A stretch of DNA of 63,358 nt, the filler included. It is 6 parts of 6 records of this genome, joined end to end, with 100 filler letters (N's around TTAATTAATTAA, not from the genome) between each part and the next. Parts side by side here need not be neighbours in the genome. Positions count along the whole stretch, not along the records: positions 49,081 to 55,836 come from SRR15195285_3023; positions 55,937 to 63,358 come from SRR15195285_3024; 4 more parts are not named here. The stretch is one strand, 5' to 3'. Position numbers and translations under genes: made by a program. Numbering within the stretch: position 1 is the first letter of the stretch; the number at the start of each line of letters is the position of its first letter. Shown in pieces: positions 49,111 to 62,700 of this stretch. The notes below the pieces were generated by a model. The model was not told the DNA's origin, did no database searches, and saw only the letters and a program-made list of their open reading frames with translations.

Positions 49111-49264
49111 CCCTGCTAGGGTTGGCTGGTGAGTGCTCCCTCCGGCGGCTGGTCGGGGCGGCTCGGGAGGCGGACAGTTAGTACAGGAGCGACAGGAGCG
49201 CTCAGGGGGGTGATCCAGCTGTGCGAGCGTGGGCGGGAGGAGCGGCTCTCGTGGCGGCGATACG

Positions 49265-52005
49265 ATGTTGGCCGCGATGGGAGCTGCGATCGGGCTGGGC
49301 GGGGCGGACTTGCCAGCGGGTTTCGAAGCGGATCTCGCGGCGCTCTCGACGATGCTCACCAACTTGCGCTCGACCATGGATGCGGAGTCCGAGTTCGGAG
49401 GCACAGTCCAGATGATCCCGCCTCCCGAGTCCACCATCGCAGCGCTTCGGCGCTTGGCCGCGATCGTATACGCGGCGAAGGACGACCCGCGTGCCCCGAC
49501 TGTGGCGGCCCTTGCCGCTGGCCTGGCCAAAATCGGACAGCACAAGACGGAGGCGGGCTCGCGTGGGGCCGACCACTTGCTGCTCGTGCTGCTACAGCAG
49601 CCCCTGATCGCCGGGCACCCGACAGCATCGGCCGACATTTACGTGCTGATCAGTGCTATGGTGTACCAACCACCGGGCAAAGGTGGGCTAACCCTCTCCT
49701 CTGATCTAAGCTGCGATGAACTGTGCGCCGCGGTGGACGCGTCGATGCAATGCGAGACCGATGACACGGTGCAGGCAGCATCTGGCCTTCTCGTGGCGGT
49801 AGCGCGGCAGCCGCAGCTGCACCCCGTACTACATGACGACCGGAGCCTGGGATGCATGTTTTCACTACATGACCGCTCGGACGATGCCGACGATCGCCGT
49901 GCTGTGGTGCAGACAGACGTGTGCCTCGCGCTGGCGCTGCTGCTCAGGCCCCCTACGATTGCAGCTCATGAGCGACTCCTACAGGAAGGAGTGCCGCAGC
50001 TAATTGACAAGTTCACTCGTGAGCACTCTGCAACCACCCACGCTGAAGGCGGCTCAGAGCTCAAAGCTGCCGAGGTAGCGGCACTCTGTCGGTCTGCGGT
50101 GCCAGAGGTGGCTACCTTTGGGCACTGGTGCTTGGCACGGCTAGCTTTCAATTACCCGCCCGATTTCGTCTCGTCTGGATGCTGGGAGACGCTCTATACC
50201 GTCGCACAGGAACGCGCGGGAGAGCAGCGACAATCTGGCCTGCTCGCACCACCGTCTGAGCTCGTTGCCCCAGAAGTACAGACGGCAGCCACCGGGTTCA
50301 CGGTGCCAGAGGCTGGCCCGTTGGCAATGCAGAGTTTGGCTGCTGTCGGGCGGGACTCTACAGTGACCGCTGAGTCAGCTCTAGAAGCTGATGGAGAGGA
50401 CCACCCACTGGTGATGGCTGCAGCGCACATCAAGGCCCTTGAGGGAGATGTGGACCCCTCTCCACCTGTCGCGCGGCTCACGTACACGAAAAAGGGTAAG
50501 ATTGGGTGGTCGACTGGCTTCGGGATTCTTGACAGAAATCTTACACTCAGGATTCACAAAGCGGATGTAGCTGGACGTCCCGCCGGGGTGATGCAAGTGT
50601 TGATGCTTGCCGGCAATCAGGCGCGCGTTGGTATCCATCCGAGCAGAAAGCGATCGAACGGTGACGACTGCATGCTGCTGGTTGGACGCAATGAGAAAGG
50701 ATCTAGCGAGGAGCTGATTGCGCATGCAGACAACGATACTGAGATGTACCAGTGGCTTGCAGGCGTGCGCCGGACAATGGACTCATATGCGGAGCATGGC
50801 GCGTTCATGCCAGCTGGTGGTGCTGCCGATCCCGCCATGGCAGCCATGGACTCGCAGTATGACGCGGCCCTTGCGGCTGCGATCGCGGCGTCAATGGCCG
50901 AGACCGACTCGGCTGGTGCTGGTGTCGGTGCACCAGCCGTGAGCATGGGCATGGGTGGGCCGAGTGCCGAAGATGAGATGGCCATTGCGTTGGCGATGTC
51001 AATGGAAGACCAAGGTGGCGCTGGAGCAGCTGCACTCGTGTCGTCTGCGCCACCACCTGCAGTTCGTGTAGCACAGGTAAGATGCAACGAGGTCGCTGAA
51101 CATTCAGTTTCAGTTGATGCAGACGGCAGTGACATTGTACGCTCTGCTCCACTTCTCATGGCCCCATCGCTTGCGTAGGTGGCGGCGGTGGATCCTGGAG
51201 TCGTGGCGGATGAAGGTATAGTTTTGGGTCTGGAGTCGATGGGTTTCAGCCGAGAGCATGCTACAGCGGCAGCCAGGGCCACTTTCAACGTCTCGACTGA
51301 AGAAGCAATGGAGTGGTAAGTGCTAGAAACGCGTCTCCGTGCAAAACGTAGCCCTGGAGCTGAGTTGGCGCCTCTTGTGGATGCTAAAGGTGCTTAAGCA
51401 ACCCCTGCCCGACTGAAGAGGAGCAGACAGCCCCTGCACCAGCTGTCTCGATGCCGCCTGGAGCAACGCCTTTCGTGGACGACCTTGTACCGGCAGTGAC
51501 TACACCGGCACCGGCACCCGCTCCAGCTGTCGACGACGGCTGGGCATCACTAGGATTTAGCGCAGCTGTACCTGCTCCAACTCCTGCTCCCGCACCCGCA
51601 CCGGCTGAACCGACGGCACAAGACTATCTTTCACAGTTGAAGCAGCAGCAAGATGCTGCACTACTCATGCAAAGCGACCCACGGGACCAGGCGTACTATG
51701 AGGCTCAGGTTGCGCAGGCAGGAACCACTGTGGCAGCTCCTCCACCTGTGGTACGTACTCTGGCCATTCATCGGTCATTTCTCCACATCTGCTTGTTGCA
51801 CACGAGACGCGCATGCCACGCTCACAGCCTCCTCGTTTGCGCACAGGCTGCTACAGTGCCAGCGCCAGTGGCGGCCACTGTGGATCCAGCCAAGGTCGAG
51901 ATGCTTACGGGGCTTGGCTTCAGTGCCGAGCAAGCGAGGCTGGCGTTGGAATCAAGCGGCGGAGATGCAGATCAGGCAGCCAATATGCTGTTTAGCGCAG
52001 CTTGA
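49265..52005 (+). CDS. Ubiquitin-binding adaptor: helical N-terminus, PH-like domain, two UIMs, two UBA domains; exons 49265-51076, 51179-51315, 51390-51750, 51847-52005
   Basis: PH-like YTKKGKIGW...ADNDTEMYQWLAGVR. UIMs DAALAAAIAASM and EDEMAIALAMSM. The spliced UBA1 is LESMGFSREHATAAARAT...EEAMEWCL; UBA2 is LTGLGFSAEQARLALESSGGDADQAANML. GT-AG introns at 51077-51178, 51316-51389 and 51751-51846. Confidence 0.8.
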
Positions 52006-52106
52006 GAGGGATCAATTTGCCATTACAGCCTACCTCGGTATAGATCAATGATGGAATTCATGATGACTAGCACACAAACGTCATTCAACCCATACACTGC
52101 GTCACA

Positions 52107-55100
52107 TTAGTAGGGCTGTAGTGATGCGAGCAGTTCGTCCTTCCCCTGAGTAAACTCCGCCTCCGTAATGAGATCTTCATCGGCGAGTTCAGCAAGCTCT
52201 CTTATTTTTTGAGCCAAGATTCCTCGAGGCGAAGCATTCCCACGGCCACTGTTTGGAGGTACTGCCTCATCTACGTCAACTTCGTCGTCTACCACAGAAA
52301 GATTTGTGGAGACATGACTACGCAGTCCAGTGGTGCCAGTGGACAGCATTTGGATCTCTCTGCGCGCCAGCGACAGTTGATCTTCGGCATCCCTGTGCTT
52401 TTGGGTATTTCTGGATAGCTCCCACTCAAGAAGAGCCAATGCCTCTTCTGTCTTGGCTGCCACAGCCCGTGCCTCGTCTGCACGCCTGTCAGCCGTTCGG
52501 GTGTCAGCTTGCGCACGAGAAAGCTCAGCTTGGCATAAGGCGAGTTCTTGTTGCAGCGTCACCAGTCCGGCTTCATTTTCGGCCGCGCGCTGGCGCGAAG
52601 CTTTCAATGCTGCGTCCCGCTCCAGCTCTGCAACACGCTTGGCCTCTTCGACATCTGCCATCTGCGTACGGAGAACCATTGCGTCGGATGTTGCTGCTGA
52701 CTTCGCTGCCGCAAGGCTGTCAAGTCGCCCTTCGGCAGCTGCGCAGCGCCGAGTCGCAGCCTGTGTTTGCGCTGAGATCTCTGCTTCAGCTGCTGCGATT
52801 TCTGCCTCCGCTTCATGCTTTCGCCACTCTCGCTCCCATTCGAAAAGCTGCTTCTCTGCCTCTATCTCTGCCATAAGCATATCATTTTCTTGCCTGGCAG
52901 ACTCAGTAACTGCCCGACTTTTCTCTAGTTCCTTAGCGAGGGTTCGTTCATGGGCTTCTGTGCGTTCGCGTGCCACAGCTGCTTTACGCTCAAGCTCTGC
53001 AACACGATCACTCAGGTCTTTCCTTTGATCTACCACGGACTTGAGACGCGTTGCCGAATCAGCCGCCTCACGCTCCAAGCGAGTCTTATCCGCCTCCACC
53101 TCTGACAGCATTTCCTCTGCACGGCCTGCCCTATCCTGAGTGGTCGTCAGCTGTGCTCGTAATTGGCGATGCTCTTCAGCCGCAAGGTCAGCGGCTTCGG
53201 CCGCTTTGTGCTGTGTGCTGACAGCGTCGGATGTCAACGTGCGCAGCTGTTCTTCGAGCTTTCGGCGAACATCTTGATCATGCCGCCGCAACGAAAGTGC
53301 CTGCGCTTGTTGTTGTGCCAACTCAGCTGCGTGTGCTGCCTGCAATTCATCAACCTCCTCGTCTTTGATCACAAGCATTTGCTCAACTCCGCTTAGTGTC
53401 GTTGCTAGCTGTGCTTCACGATTGCCACTCTGTTCGAGTGCCTTCGTAGCTTCTGCTGCCTCCTGCTCTGCAACTTTGAGCCTCTCAACAAATGCAGACT
53501 CCGCTTCGGCTGCTTCGGTTCGGCAGTTCGCCAACTGAACTAATGCTTTCTCGAGTTCAGGGTCGGTACTTTGATCCTCGATGATGCCTGCATATGCCTG
53601 TGTAGCGGCAAGTTGCTCTAATTCGTCCTCGCGCCTCAAGAGCTCGCGGCGCACGCCATCTGCCTCCTGCTCAGCCTGCAGTTTTGCATTGGCATCGTGA
53701 CGAGCTACACGTGTCAGCTCTGCTATTCGCATTTGCAGCTGGCTTTGCTCTTCCTCATGTGCTATTGCTTGTGTAGCCGCTGCGGTCCGAGCCTCGGCCA
53801 ATTCTTTTCTCACGGATTGCAATGCGTCCATGGGCAGAGAGTCCTGTGGTGCGACTATGTCTCTATGCAGACCCATTGCCATGACAAGCTGTTGGCCGAT
53901 AGCATCAGCTTGCTGTTCTGGAGTTGCATCGACTACCTGCCGCAACGCTGCTTCGGCTTGTGCGAGTTTTTGTCGCAAACTCACCAGCTCTGCTTGTGTA
54001 GCATGGTCTTGTGATGGGCTGCTGACTGCAGCGCCTGCCTGTCGCATTCGCCAGACTTCATCTTCCAGCTCCTGCAGTTTCGACTGTGCCAAGGTCGCAG
54101 CCCGTGCCGCTGAACGTTCAGACTCAATAGTGGCAGCTGCCGACTCATCGGCGCGCTGGTTAGCTAGCTCAAGAAGTTGCGACTGATCGTCAGAGCTTTG
54201 CCTGAGGGCCGTCAGTTGCTCATCTCGTACCTTCAGCTCAGCTTCGAATGAATCACGCATTCTCTGTTTTGCAGCATCCTGAGCAGCTTCGCTGCGTGCC
54301 AGCTGGTCCTCAAACTTGGATTGTATCTCAGCAATCCGGCTGCTCCACTCAGCATCTGTACTCTGCCTGTCTGCCTCAAATCTTGACCGGGCCTGTGCCA
54401 TCTTATCTTCGAGCGCTGCTCGGGAAGTTTCTTCGGCCTTCAATCGCTGCTTCAGTTTGCTGATGCTGGCTGAATGCTTGTCTACCTGCGCATCGCATCT
54501 TTGCTGCAACCTTTGTATTTTGGCAGAAGCAACAGCTTCCGACTCAGCGCTGGCAGCACGCAGTCGATCAACCTCGACTTGCAGTGCACGCATTGCTGAT
54601 TGATCTCCGTCTCTTCGGGTGGATTCAGCTGCAGCAGTCGCAACGACTGCCTCTTCCGCCTGCTGCAAAGCACCAGCCATACGTTGTTTCTCAACATCGA
54701 GTAGTTCCGCGGACTGGACTGCCTTGTCAGTAGCAACCGCCAGATCTTCGGTCAGCTGTCTGACTGTAGCCTGTGCAGCATTGAACTTTGTAGTCCAGTC
54801 TGCAATTTCCTGTCCGGCCGAAGTTGCTTCCTCCTCCATGCGAAGAAGCTGGGCCTGTAGCCCTGCGATGCGAGAGCGGGCATCTGCCAGCTCACCCTCA
54901 ATTATCGAACCCGTGTTTTGCTGTTGATCAATCCGTGCGGAACGAGCAGTCTCTTCAGTTTCCAATGCTTCCTGCGTCCGTCGCAGAGCAGCTTGAGAGC
55001 TTTCAAGGTCCACAGTGGCTTGTGTTTGGTACGCAGCAAACTCATCTACTTTGGATGCGAGCTCGCCGCGCGTTTCCTCATGCACAGTCTGTTCGGCTGC

Positions 55101-55836
55101 GAGATTTGCTCGACAGGCTGCATGCGCGTCAGTTTCACGTGCGAGCTGGGCGCGACATTGAGCGTGTGAGGCCTGCTCAGCTGCAAGGTCTGCCTTGAAC
55201 ACCGCACATGCACTCCGTTCAGCATCGAGGTCGGATTGCAGGCGATGAACCTGCATTTCGAAGTCCTTGGCACCGTCAGCGGACTGCACTTGCTCTTGTA
55301 GTGCCGCTACCTCATCTTCTAGATCGTGCACACGAGATTCACGACCTGCATACTGTTGCAGCTGTGCCTGCAGCGCGTTGATTTCCTTCGCATATTCTGT
55401 CTTGGCGGTTGCCATATTCTCATCTGCAACTTTTTGAAGCGTGGCCAACTGCTTCGTGACCAACTCAAGCTTCGCATATAACTCTGAATCAGTTTTCGGA
55501 TCTGGAAAGCTCGGCGGACGTTTTGACTGCAACGCCACTTGCTTCGAAACTGATAAAGCTGGCTCAGGGGCAGGACTGTCCTGCACAGCTGATTCTGGTG
55601 ACGATCGATCACGATGCAAAGTGCCACGTTCAGCTTGGTTAGGTGCCGCATCAGTGACTGGACTGATCGCGCCTGTCGTACTCGGAGAGGAAACTTGAAC
55701 GCCAAGGCTTTCCGTCGGCACCAAGGCAGCCAGCCTTGTTTCGACCTTTACCCTCTTCTCTTCCATTCTGCTCTGAGTCTTTGCATCTTTCTGCTGCATC
55801 CAAGAACTTGCCAAGATCTGTTTTATGATCACAAGG
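52107..55836 (-). CDS. Long coiled-coil protein with a C-terminal SHOCT-like motif; 5'-partial
   Basis: More than 1000 aa of E/A/Q/R/L-rich heptads; ends with KIRELAELADEDLITEAEFTQGKDELL. Confidence 0.75.
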
Positions 55837-55936
55837 NNNNNNNNNNNNNNNNNNNNNNNNNNNNNNNNNNNNNNNNNNNNTTAATTAATTAANNNNNNNN
55901 NNNNNNNNNNNNNNNNNNNNNNNNNNNNNNNNNNNN
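55837..55936. other. Artificial contig-joining spacer
   Basis: N44-TTAATTAATTAA-N44. Confidence 0.99.
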
Positions 55937-55991
55937 CCCTCCTCCGGGCAAAGCCCATCAACAGAAAACTATGACCTGAAAAAAAAACACA

Positions 55992-56687
55992 TTGACATCC
56001 AGAGAGTTCTCTGACGCCAGCAAGCGGCAGAATCGCGCCGGATTCCATTGCTACCCCGAATTGCGCGAATGGTGCCTCGAGCTGGCCGAACAACACAGCG
56101 CTAGCCTACGGCGAGACCATAAACACGATCACGACTCGCCGGCAGTCATCGATTGGCCCATCGGTCCGATGTATCGAGCTCCTCTGCCTCCAATGACGCT
56201 CAACCAGTTTTGGGAGAGTCGGAAGTGGGAGGAGCCGGAGCGGAGAGCCATCACGAAATTGCTACGCCGTTTCGCCAACATTGCGTCGGCGCGGCGTGAA
56301 GCTATCGAGTATGCCGATGAGATCGGCGTGTGCGAACAATGCATCCGCGATCATGATGCTCCGCGCAAACGATCAACCACGTTACATAAACACAAACCTC
56401 CTGCCACAGCAGAGGCTTCAATTGGGGGTGGAAAACCTGAGAAAGGCGAAAGTGACGTGAAAATAAATGAAAAAAGTGTGACAATCAACCAAGTGGCACA
56501 AGTGCACAGCACTGACCCTTTGCCACACCGCTTCGTGGACATTCCAGCATCCCAACTACCTAAAAGTATGCACGGACGGCAACCACGCTACAATGCACAC
56601 GATTGGGCCCGGCCCGATCGATGCCCCGAATCATACCGCCAGCCCGGCAACCTCAAATGTCGGCTAGGCGGTCGGCCGATGCGCTGA
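55992..56687 (+). CDS. Possible terminal exon of an unknown gene
   Basis: 231-codon ORF with no ATG start, near the contig edge. It converges on the TIR gene and is not antisense to a long ORF. No recognisable motif. Confidence 0.4.
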   Translation: MTSREFSDASKRQNRAGFHCYPELREWCLELAEQHSASLRRDHKHDHDSPAVIDWPIGPMYRAPLPPMTLNQFWESRKWEEPERRAITKLLRRFANIASARREAIEYADEIGVCEQCIRDHDAPRKRSTTLHKHKPPATAEASIGGGKPEKGESDVKINEKSVTINQVAQVHSTDPLPHRFVDIPASQLPKSMHGRQPRYNAHDWARPDRCPESYRQPGNLKCRLGGRPMR

Positions 56688-56752
56688 TCCATGAACATAC
56701 CCACAATCAATCTTCCATTCTTTCACAAATTCATTGACCGGCCATTGGGGTG

Positions 56753-59700
56753 CTACGGCTCGGGCGGGACACTTTCGGACGGAGGCTTAGTTTGTCGTGG
56801 TGGTGTTCTGGCACGCGCCACAACGCGAGCAACTGTGCGCGGCTTCTTGGTGCCATGTGACTGATTCTTCGTGATCGCTGTGTCCAGCGTGGTGCGTTTG
56901 ATCGTCTTGCCAACAGTCGCCATCTCGCGGCGCAACGTGAGCTCTATGTCGCACATCTGGGCCTCGAACTCTGTGTCCGTGCCACCAACTGACAATGGCT
57001 TAGAGATAACGTTCGGAATGGTCTGCAAGAGCTCACTACCCACTGCGGCAGTAGCAACACCTGTGGCCTGCTCGAGCGATGCAATCGACGGCGAGCTGAG
57101 ATGAGCGCCAAGCTCCGAGAACGTCGACTTGGCCTGCTCGAAGTTCCATTGGTCAAATTTACGTTGATCAACTGAGCCGTCGGCCGTGTCGCCAGCCGTA
57201 CCCGTCAACAGAACCGGAACTATTGGCACCCGGTTGGTAGATGCACTGTACAAGCGAGCCAAGCAGCGTGGTTCTGCCAGGACCTGTGCTGACTGCAGCA
57301 GCAAAACGGTATCGGTTTGCGTCGCGACCACGTCACAGTCCGCTGACGTGGCTTCGTTGATGTCTCGGCTATCCTGGTCGGTACAGAGAACAACGTGATC
57401 AGGCTCTAGGTCACAGCGCCGCTGTAGCCATGCCTTGACGTCCTCTGCTAGCTGACGGATGGGAGACTCAGATCCGGATCCAAGCTGCTCGCTGAACACT
57501 ACATAAATTGCTATCTGCCTGCAGACAGTCCACGGCTCCGGCTGCTTCGGCAGCAAATCTGGCAGCAGCACGGAGTTCTCAGGGCAGGCCCGTTCTACCA
57601 TCGCCTGAGCCAGGGCACTGATCTGAGACTGCAGGACAACGGAGCTCTGGTTTGGGTCGAAGGTCAAGGCACGGCTAGACGAGGCTGACAAGCCGTCAGA
57701 AAGTGCAGCCGCAATCAGTGGTCCAATATTGGCCGCATCGAGGTTGATTGTCTTCAGGTCTTCTATCGCCGAAGGGTTCGTCTGCCGCAGGTATGCCGGG
57801 AGGTCCTTGAGGATTTCCAAAGCCTTCTGCGCGCCATCAGCCATTTTGAAAGCATTGTTGATGTTGAGTACTGTGATCGGCACGTTAGCGGATGCAGCAG
57901 TGCTGAGCTCAGCCAGACACCACGGACGAGACAATACACCATTGGTGAGCATCAAGATGAGCACATCGGTTTCGGCGACACAAGCCTGCAGCTCTCGCAG
58001 GTCCGACAGAGAGTCTGCGTCCAAAAATATCTTTTCGTCGGGTGTGCGCAGGGCCTTCAGCAGCTCCAACTTAAGTATGCGAGCCTCGGCAGCAGCTTCG
58101 GCCTTGAAATGGCTCAAAAATGTGGCATAGCGCTTCTTGATTGACCAACCCTCGATGAACCTGCGCAAGATTTGCTTTTCCTTATCACTGGCCAACCCCA
58201 ACACATGAAGCTCAAAAGCCCTGCGCCGTACTTCTGTAGGTGCAATCTCGTCGGTTTTCAGCGCATCCTCAACCACTTGTGACATGTAGCGAACCTTGGC
58301 GATGACCGTTGCCACAAATGCGACCGGTATTAGCAAGATGAAGGATGCGAACAACACCGCATCGTAGGCTTCTGCCGTCACGCTTTCTATCGATAGGTCT
58401 GTCTTATATACAAGCGCGACAGAAATGGCAATGAAAACGTGCAGCTCTGTAGCTGCCCGGAAGGCATTATCAGCCATGACCTTGTACGGCAGCATCAGAA
58501 CATGAAGGGCCAAAAACGATAGAGACATCACGAGAGCAACCGAGAGCTGAAACGTGCTCCCACGTCCAGCCATGAGGACAAGTCCGACCAACGTGAGTTT
58601 TCGAAGCATGTCGATAGCTTCCCACCACAGATAGAGAGGCTTGTATGCATCCATTACGAAGGACAGGTCTCGACCAAGCACAATATCGCGGACAGCGTAC
58701 GCTGCCGTCGTCACGTCAGCGCCCAGGTCTACAGCCAGCCGCTTTGCCACCGGTGTGTACGATTCCTGAGATTCCCGACCGTAGTTTTGTGCCTTCTTGA
58801 TCAAGACTACCAGTAAAAGGATTGGCAGGCTGATGGACACAAGCACAATCACAATCACTGATGCAATCTGTATCGCGACGTGCGATGCGTCTTCGCACAT
58901 AACAGAGTCATCAAGCTCGAGAAAGCTTGACGAGGCGGTCAAGGGTCGGCACATGAATGATGCAAAGGCTACGATGCATATTGTCGGATAGCAAAAAAAT
59001 ACCTGCAGAAGACAATGCCAGCATTCTCGTTAAGTTAAGGTGAACCAAATGGCAGCAATTTCACGCAAACATTGAACCGGTGTTTAATCTGATATTGTAC
59101 GGAGTAGGTACAACAAATGCCAGGTTGCTCCTGGCGGCGGAAATGGCCTCTGTGCGGTCGCGAATCCGCATATGCACACAGCAAATTATGAACACGACGA
59201 GCGACATGATGCCTGGTAAGCCCAACACGCGCAGAAACCACCTAGAGTTGAAACCGCCCAGACCAAAACACTCGCTGGGACCGAGAGCACGGAACAGCAA
59301 TCCCCACAAGTCGATCAGAGGCCGCAAAATTTCAATCACATCGCCGAAAAGTCCAGGAAACTGAAAATCGAGGATATCGCCTAGTTGTGATGTGACCTGC
59401 GAATAGGTGATGAGAATACGCAGTGGCTGTGCAGCGCATCGGATGACGTGCTTAAGAGGAAAGTTCTTCCATTTTTTCCCAGCTAGAAAGAGCAAGAGCA
59501 GGATGCCTACAAGTGTCGCGATGAGAGCTGCAAGCCCCCCCCAGGTGTATCCAGTATCCTCGCACGGGACGCACTCACTGTTGCTCATCCCGTAGCCGTC
59601 ACTGCACTCACCGCAGATGATGCCCGTATATCCGGTGTTGCACTGCGGACCCTCTTGCAGTCGCCGTGCAGTTCCAGTCGATGAACCAGGACACCTCTTG

Positions 59701-62700
59701 ATTCCGGTCGACATATCATTGTGACAGCGGAATATGGACAAGGTCATTGAGTCTTGATCTAGCGGTAGCGGCGAAATAAAGCCTGGGCGCACAGTGCTCA
59801 GTCCATCTTCACACAGCAAGCATGGTTCGCCAGTCTGGTCGGTGGGGCAGGAGTCACAGTCAATGCCGGTCGGTGTGCTCTCGTCACGAACAAACGAATC
59901 CTGTAGCTGCGTAGCATCAAATCCACGGCTGTAACAGATTTGAACACTCGCAGTGGCGTTGTAAGAACCTGTACTACAGAGACACTGAGTGCTGTCCGCA
60001 TTTGGTGCTGTTTGCAGTGGACAGGCATCACACAGCACTTGTCCTGATCCGGGTGCCACTGTGCCTGCCCCGCAATCATCGCAAAATCCCAGTTCGCTGT
60101 ATTTGCCGGGGCTGCACGCGTCGCAGCCATCTTTCAGGCTGTTCGGCTCTGTTCCTGATAAACAACGGTAGCACGTCTTCCCGTCGCCGTATTCATTCAC
60201 ACTGCAAGGGTCGCAGAAGAGGGACAGCTGAGAAATTCTGCATCGTTCTCCCACGCTGCATGGAAAGCTAGAGCAGTCGTAAGCAGGTGTGCCCTCTGCT
60301 AAGACGGTGTTGGACGTAGGGGCTGCAAAATCAGAATGAGACACCTTAAAAGACTCAAATGAGGCTACAGAGATCGCACTTGCTGATCCAGCCGAGTTGT
60401 CAGAGAACGTCGCCCCTATGATCTCAAGGGTACTGCCGTCGGTCGCGGTAATAGCACCACCAACGCCCTGCGGGACAACAAAGTCCGTTTTGCTCCAGAC
60501 CTTGTGTCCGTTGGGACAAGGAACCACGCCCTCAGGGAGGGATGATGTGTCCAGCTGGGTGTAGCAGCCTGGAGTCCTGACCTGGTCTGACCACGGGTCT
60601 GAGCACTGCAACATTCGACTATCGCACACAGTCGGGGTCATCTTCGAGAGTATACCCATGATGTCTATCCAGCCTCCACCTTCCCAGTCACGCGCCTGTG
60701 CGCCTGCGTCTATGTGCAGCCCGTGCCAGAGAGTGTGTGGACCAGTCGATGTAGACACTACATGGGCATAGGTGCTCTGCACATCATACTCATTTAATCC
60801 GTGAATTGTGTCGTTGCCGCAGGATCCGTCTATCTGATCTGGCTGTACTCCATCGAGTTTCCATATAGGGGTAAAATATCCGGTACGCCCCAGTGACCCA
60901 GTGTACACGTGCACAACGATATCTCGAAGCACCTGTACCTCACGCCTGGCTTGATTTGCGTTGAAAATGGAGTCCAGGATGATTAACGATCCACTGCCGA
61001 ATTTTCTTATGGCTCCTCCACTATCCCAAGCAATGTTGCCTTGGAATAGACAGCCTATGATCTCGAAGTCAGCTGGGCCCTGAAGGACGGCCCCTCCGCC
61101 CAGTGCCGCCGAGCTGTCTACGACGCTAAGATTCACGAGCTTCGCCGAGACGTATACAACAAGTCCCAAGGAGCCACCCTCAGCTATAGCTACCTCTCCG
61201 CTACTACGAATACGATTGCGAGCAAACCTGCTTCCCCTAACCTCAACAATATCGACCGTTGTCATTAAAGCCGCAGTCATCTTCATAGTCTGTGCGACAG
61301 CCTCGTGATCGTTCAACTCAGAGTTGGTTACTGTTAAGGCATAACACGCTCCAGCGCACGGCGACTTGCCTTCTGCAATAAAGCCAGGGTATATCGTCCC
61401 GATATTGTCGTGGCTGTATAGCTGATCGACATTGATGTACGTCCACACGTCTGGTCTTTCAGTGCCAGGACCGACCGGTCTGTGTCCTGGAAGGGCGATA
61501 GGAAATGCGAGAGGACACAAATCAAAGCGTCCATCCTCACCATACCATCTAAACTGATCGACACCTGCAAGCTCGACTCGGGAAAGCGAAATGTGAGTCG
61601 TCCCATCTATCCCGGTGCCTTCGTCGAACACGCTACCGTACAACGTCCAAGCTATCTGACCGATGTACGCCCAACACTCTATCAGCTGGGAATCCGTAAT
61701 AGTCAGGTTCATGGGATAAATATCGATTAGACGCATGATACCCCCAGCCCACATGCCTTGCAGCTCCCAAAACAAACAGTCGTGAACGATAATTGTGGTG
61801 GTGAGGGCTTGCGGATCTCGCCGCAGTGTCTCATTGCGTGACCACATGGCCGTCTCCCCATGAATGTACGCGGCGGCTCCAGATGTCGCAAAGATGTGGT
61901 CAAATACGCAGTGCTCGAAGATTAGTGAAGCGCCCCACCCTCCTATGTACTCTAGCACCCCGCCTAATCTGGAACCAGACGCCACTTCCGAATGAGACCT
62001 ATGGCCCGCATCTTTGTCCAACGTCGCTTGCTGATTCGAGAAGCGGACGTGCCGTAGGACGAGGCTAGCCGTTGAGAGAACCCACTCCCACCCATTTTCT
62101 GTTTCTACCCCATAGCCACTCTTGAACCGCGCATCTAACTTGACTGGTAGGTCGTCGACGAGGCCGCCGTGCACTATCCACTGCTCGTCGAGTGGAATGA
62201 CTATCGTCTTGTCGGGAACGAAGCTCACGACCTCAATGGATCCATGCCATTCGTCGCCACTTTGCCTAGTTAGGGTGTAGTTGCTATCAGACATGCAAGC
62301 AACGTGCTCGTATACTCCAGGACCAGCTGGTGTGGAGAAGTCCCATGGACCACCGCTCGTGGACACGTCACTGCTCGCACTTGTCAATGTCCATTCAGCC
62401 GCAGGATCAATCTCGCTCATGCTCATCCGTATGATTGTATCAGTGCACGTGTCAGTGTCGCCACTTCCAACACCAAAGCTAAGTGTCGCACCCACCGGGT
62501 GCGTTCGTGGGAGGAATGTGGTCCAATCGAGACGGTCTTGTCGCATGCTCATCAACTCACTGGGCCAACTTGCAGTTATTCTGTCGTACATGAAGCAACG
62601 AGAGGGGCGATCCGGGAAGTAGTATTGTTGCAGTGTAGCACAATCGTAGTCGCATGGTCCGGTCGCGCCGTTGTTGCTCGACAGCGGGTCATCGCAGAGC

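Noticed and set aside
9072-55936. Five identical N-flanked TTAATTAATTAA elements as a repeat family or regulatory motif
   Set aside because: Exact 100-bp N44-12mer-N44 structure with six-frame stops; these are assembly linkers, not biology.
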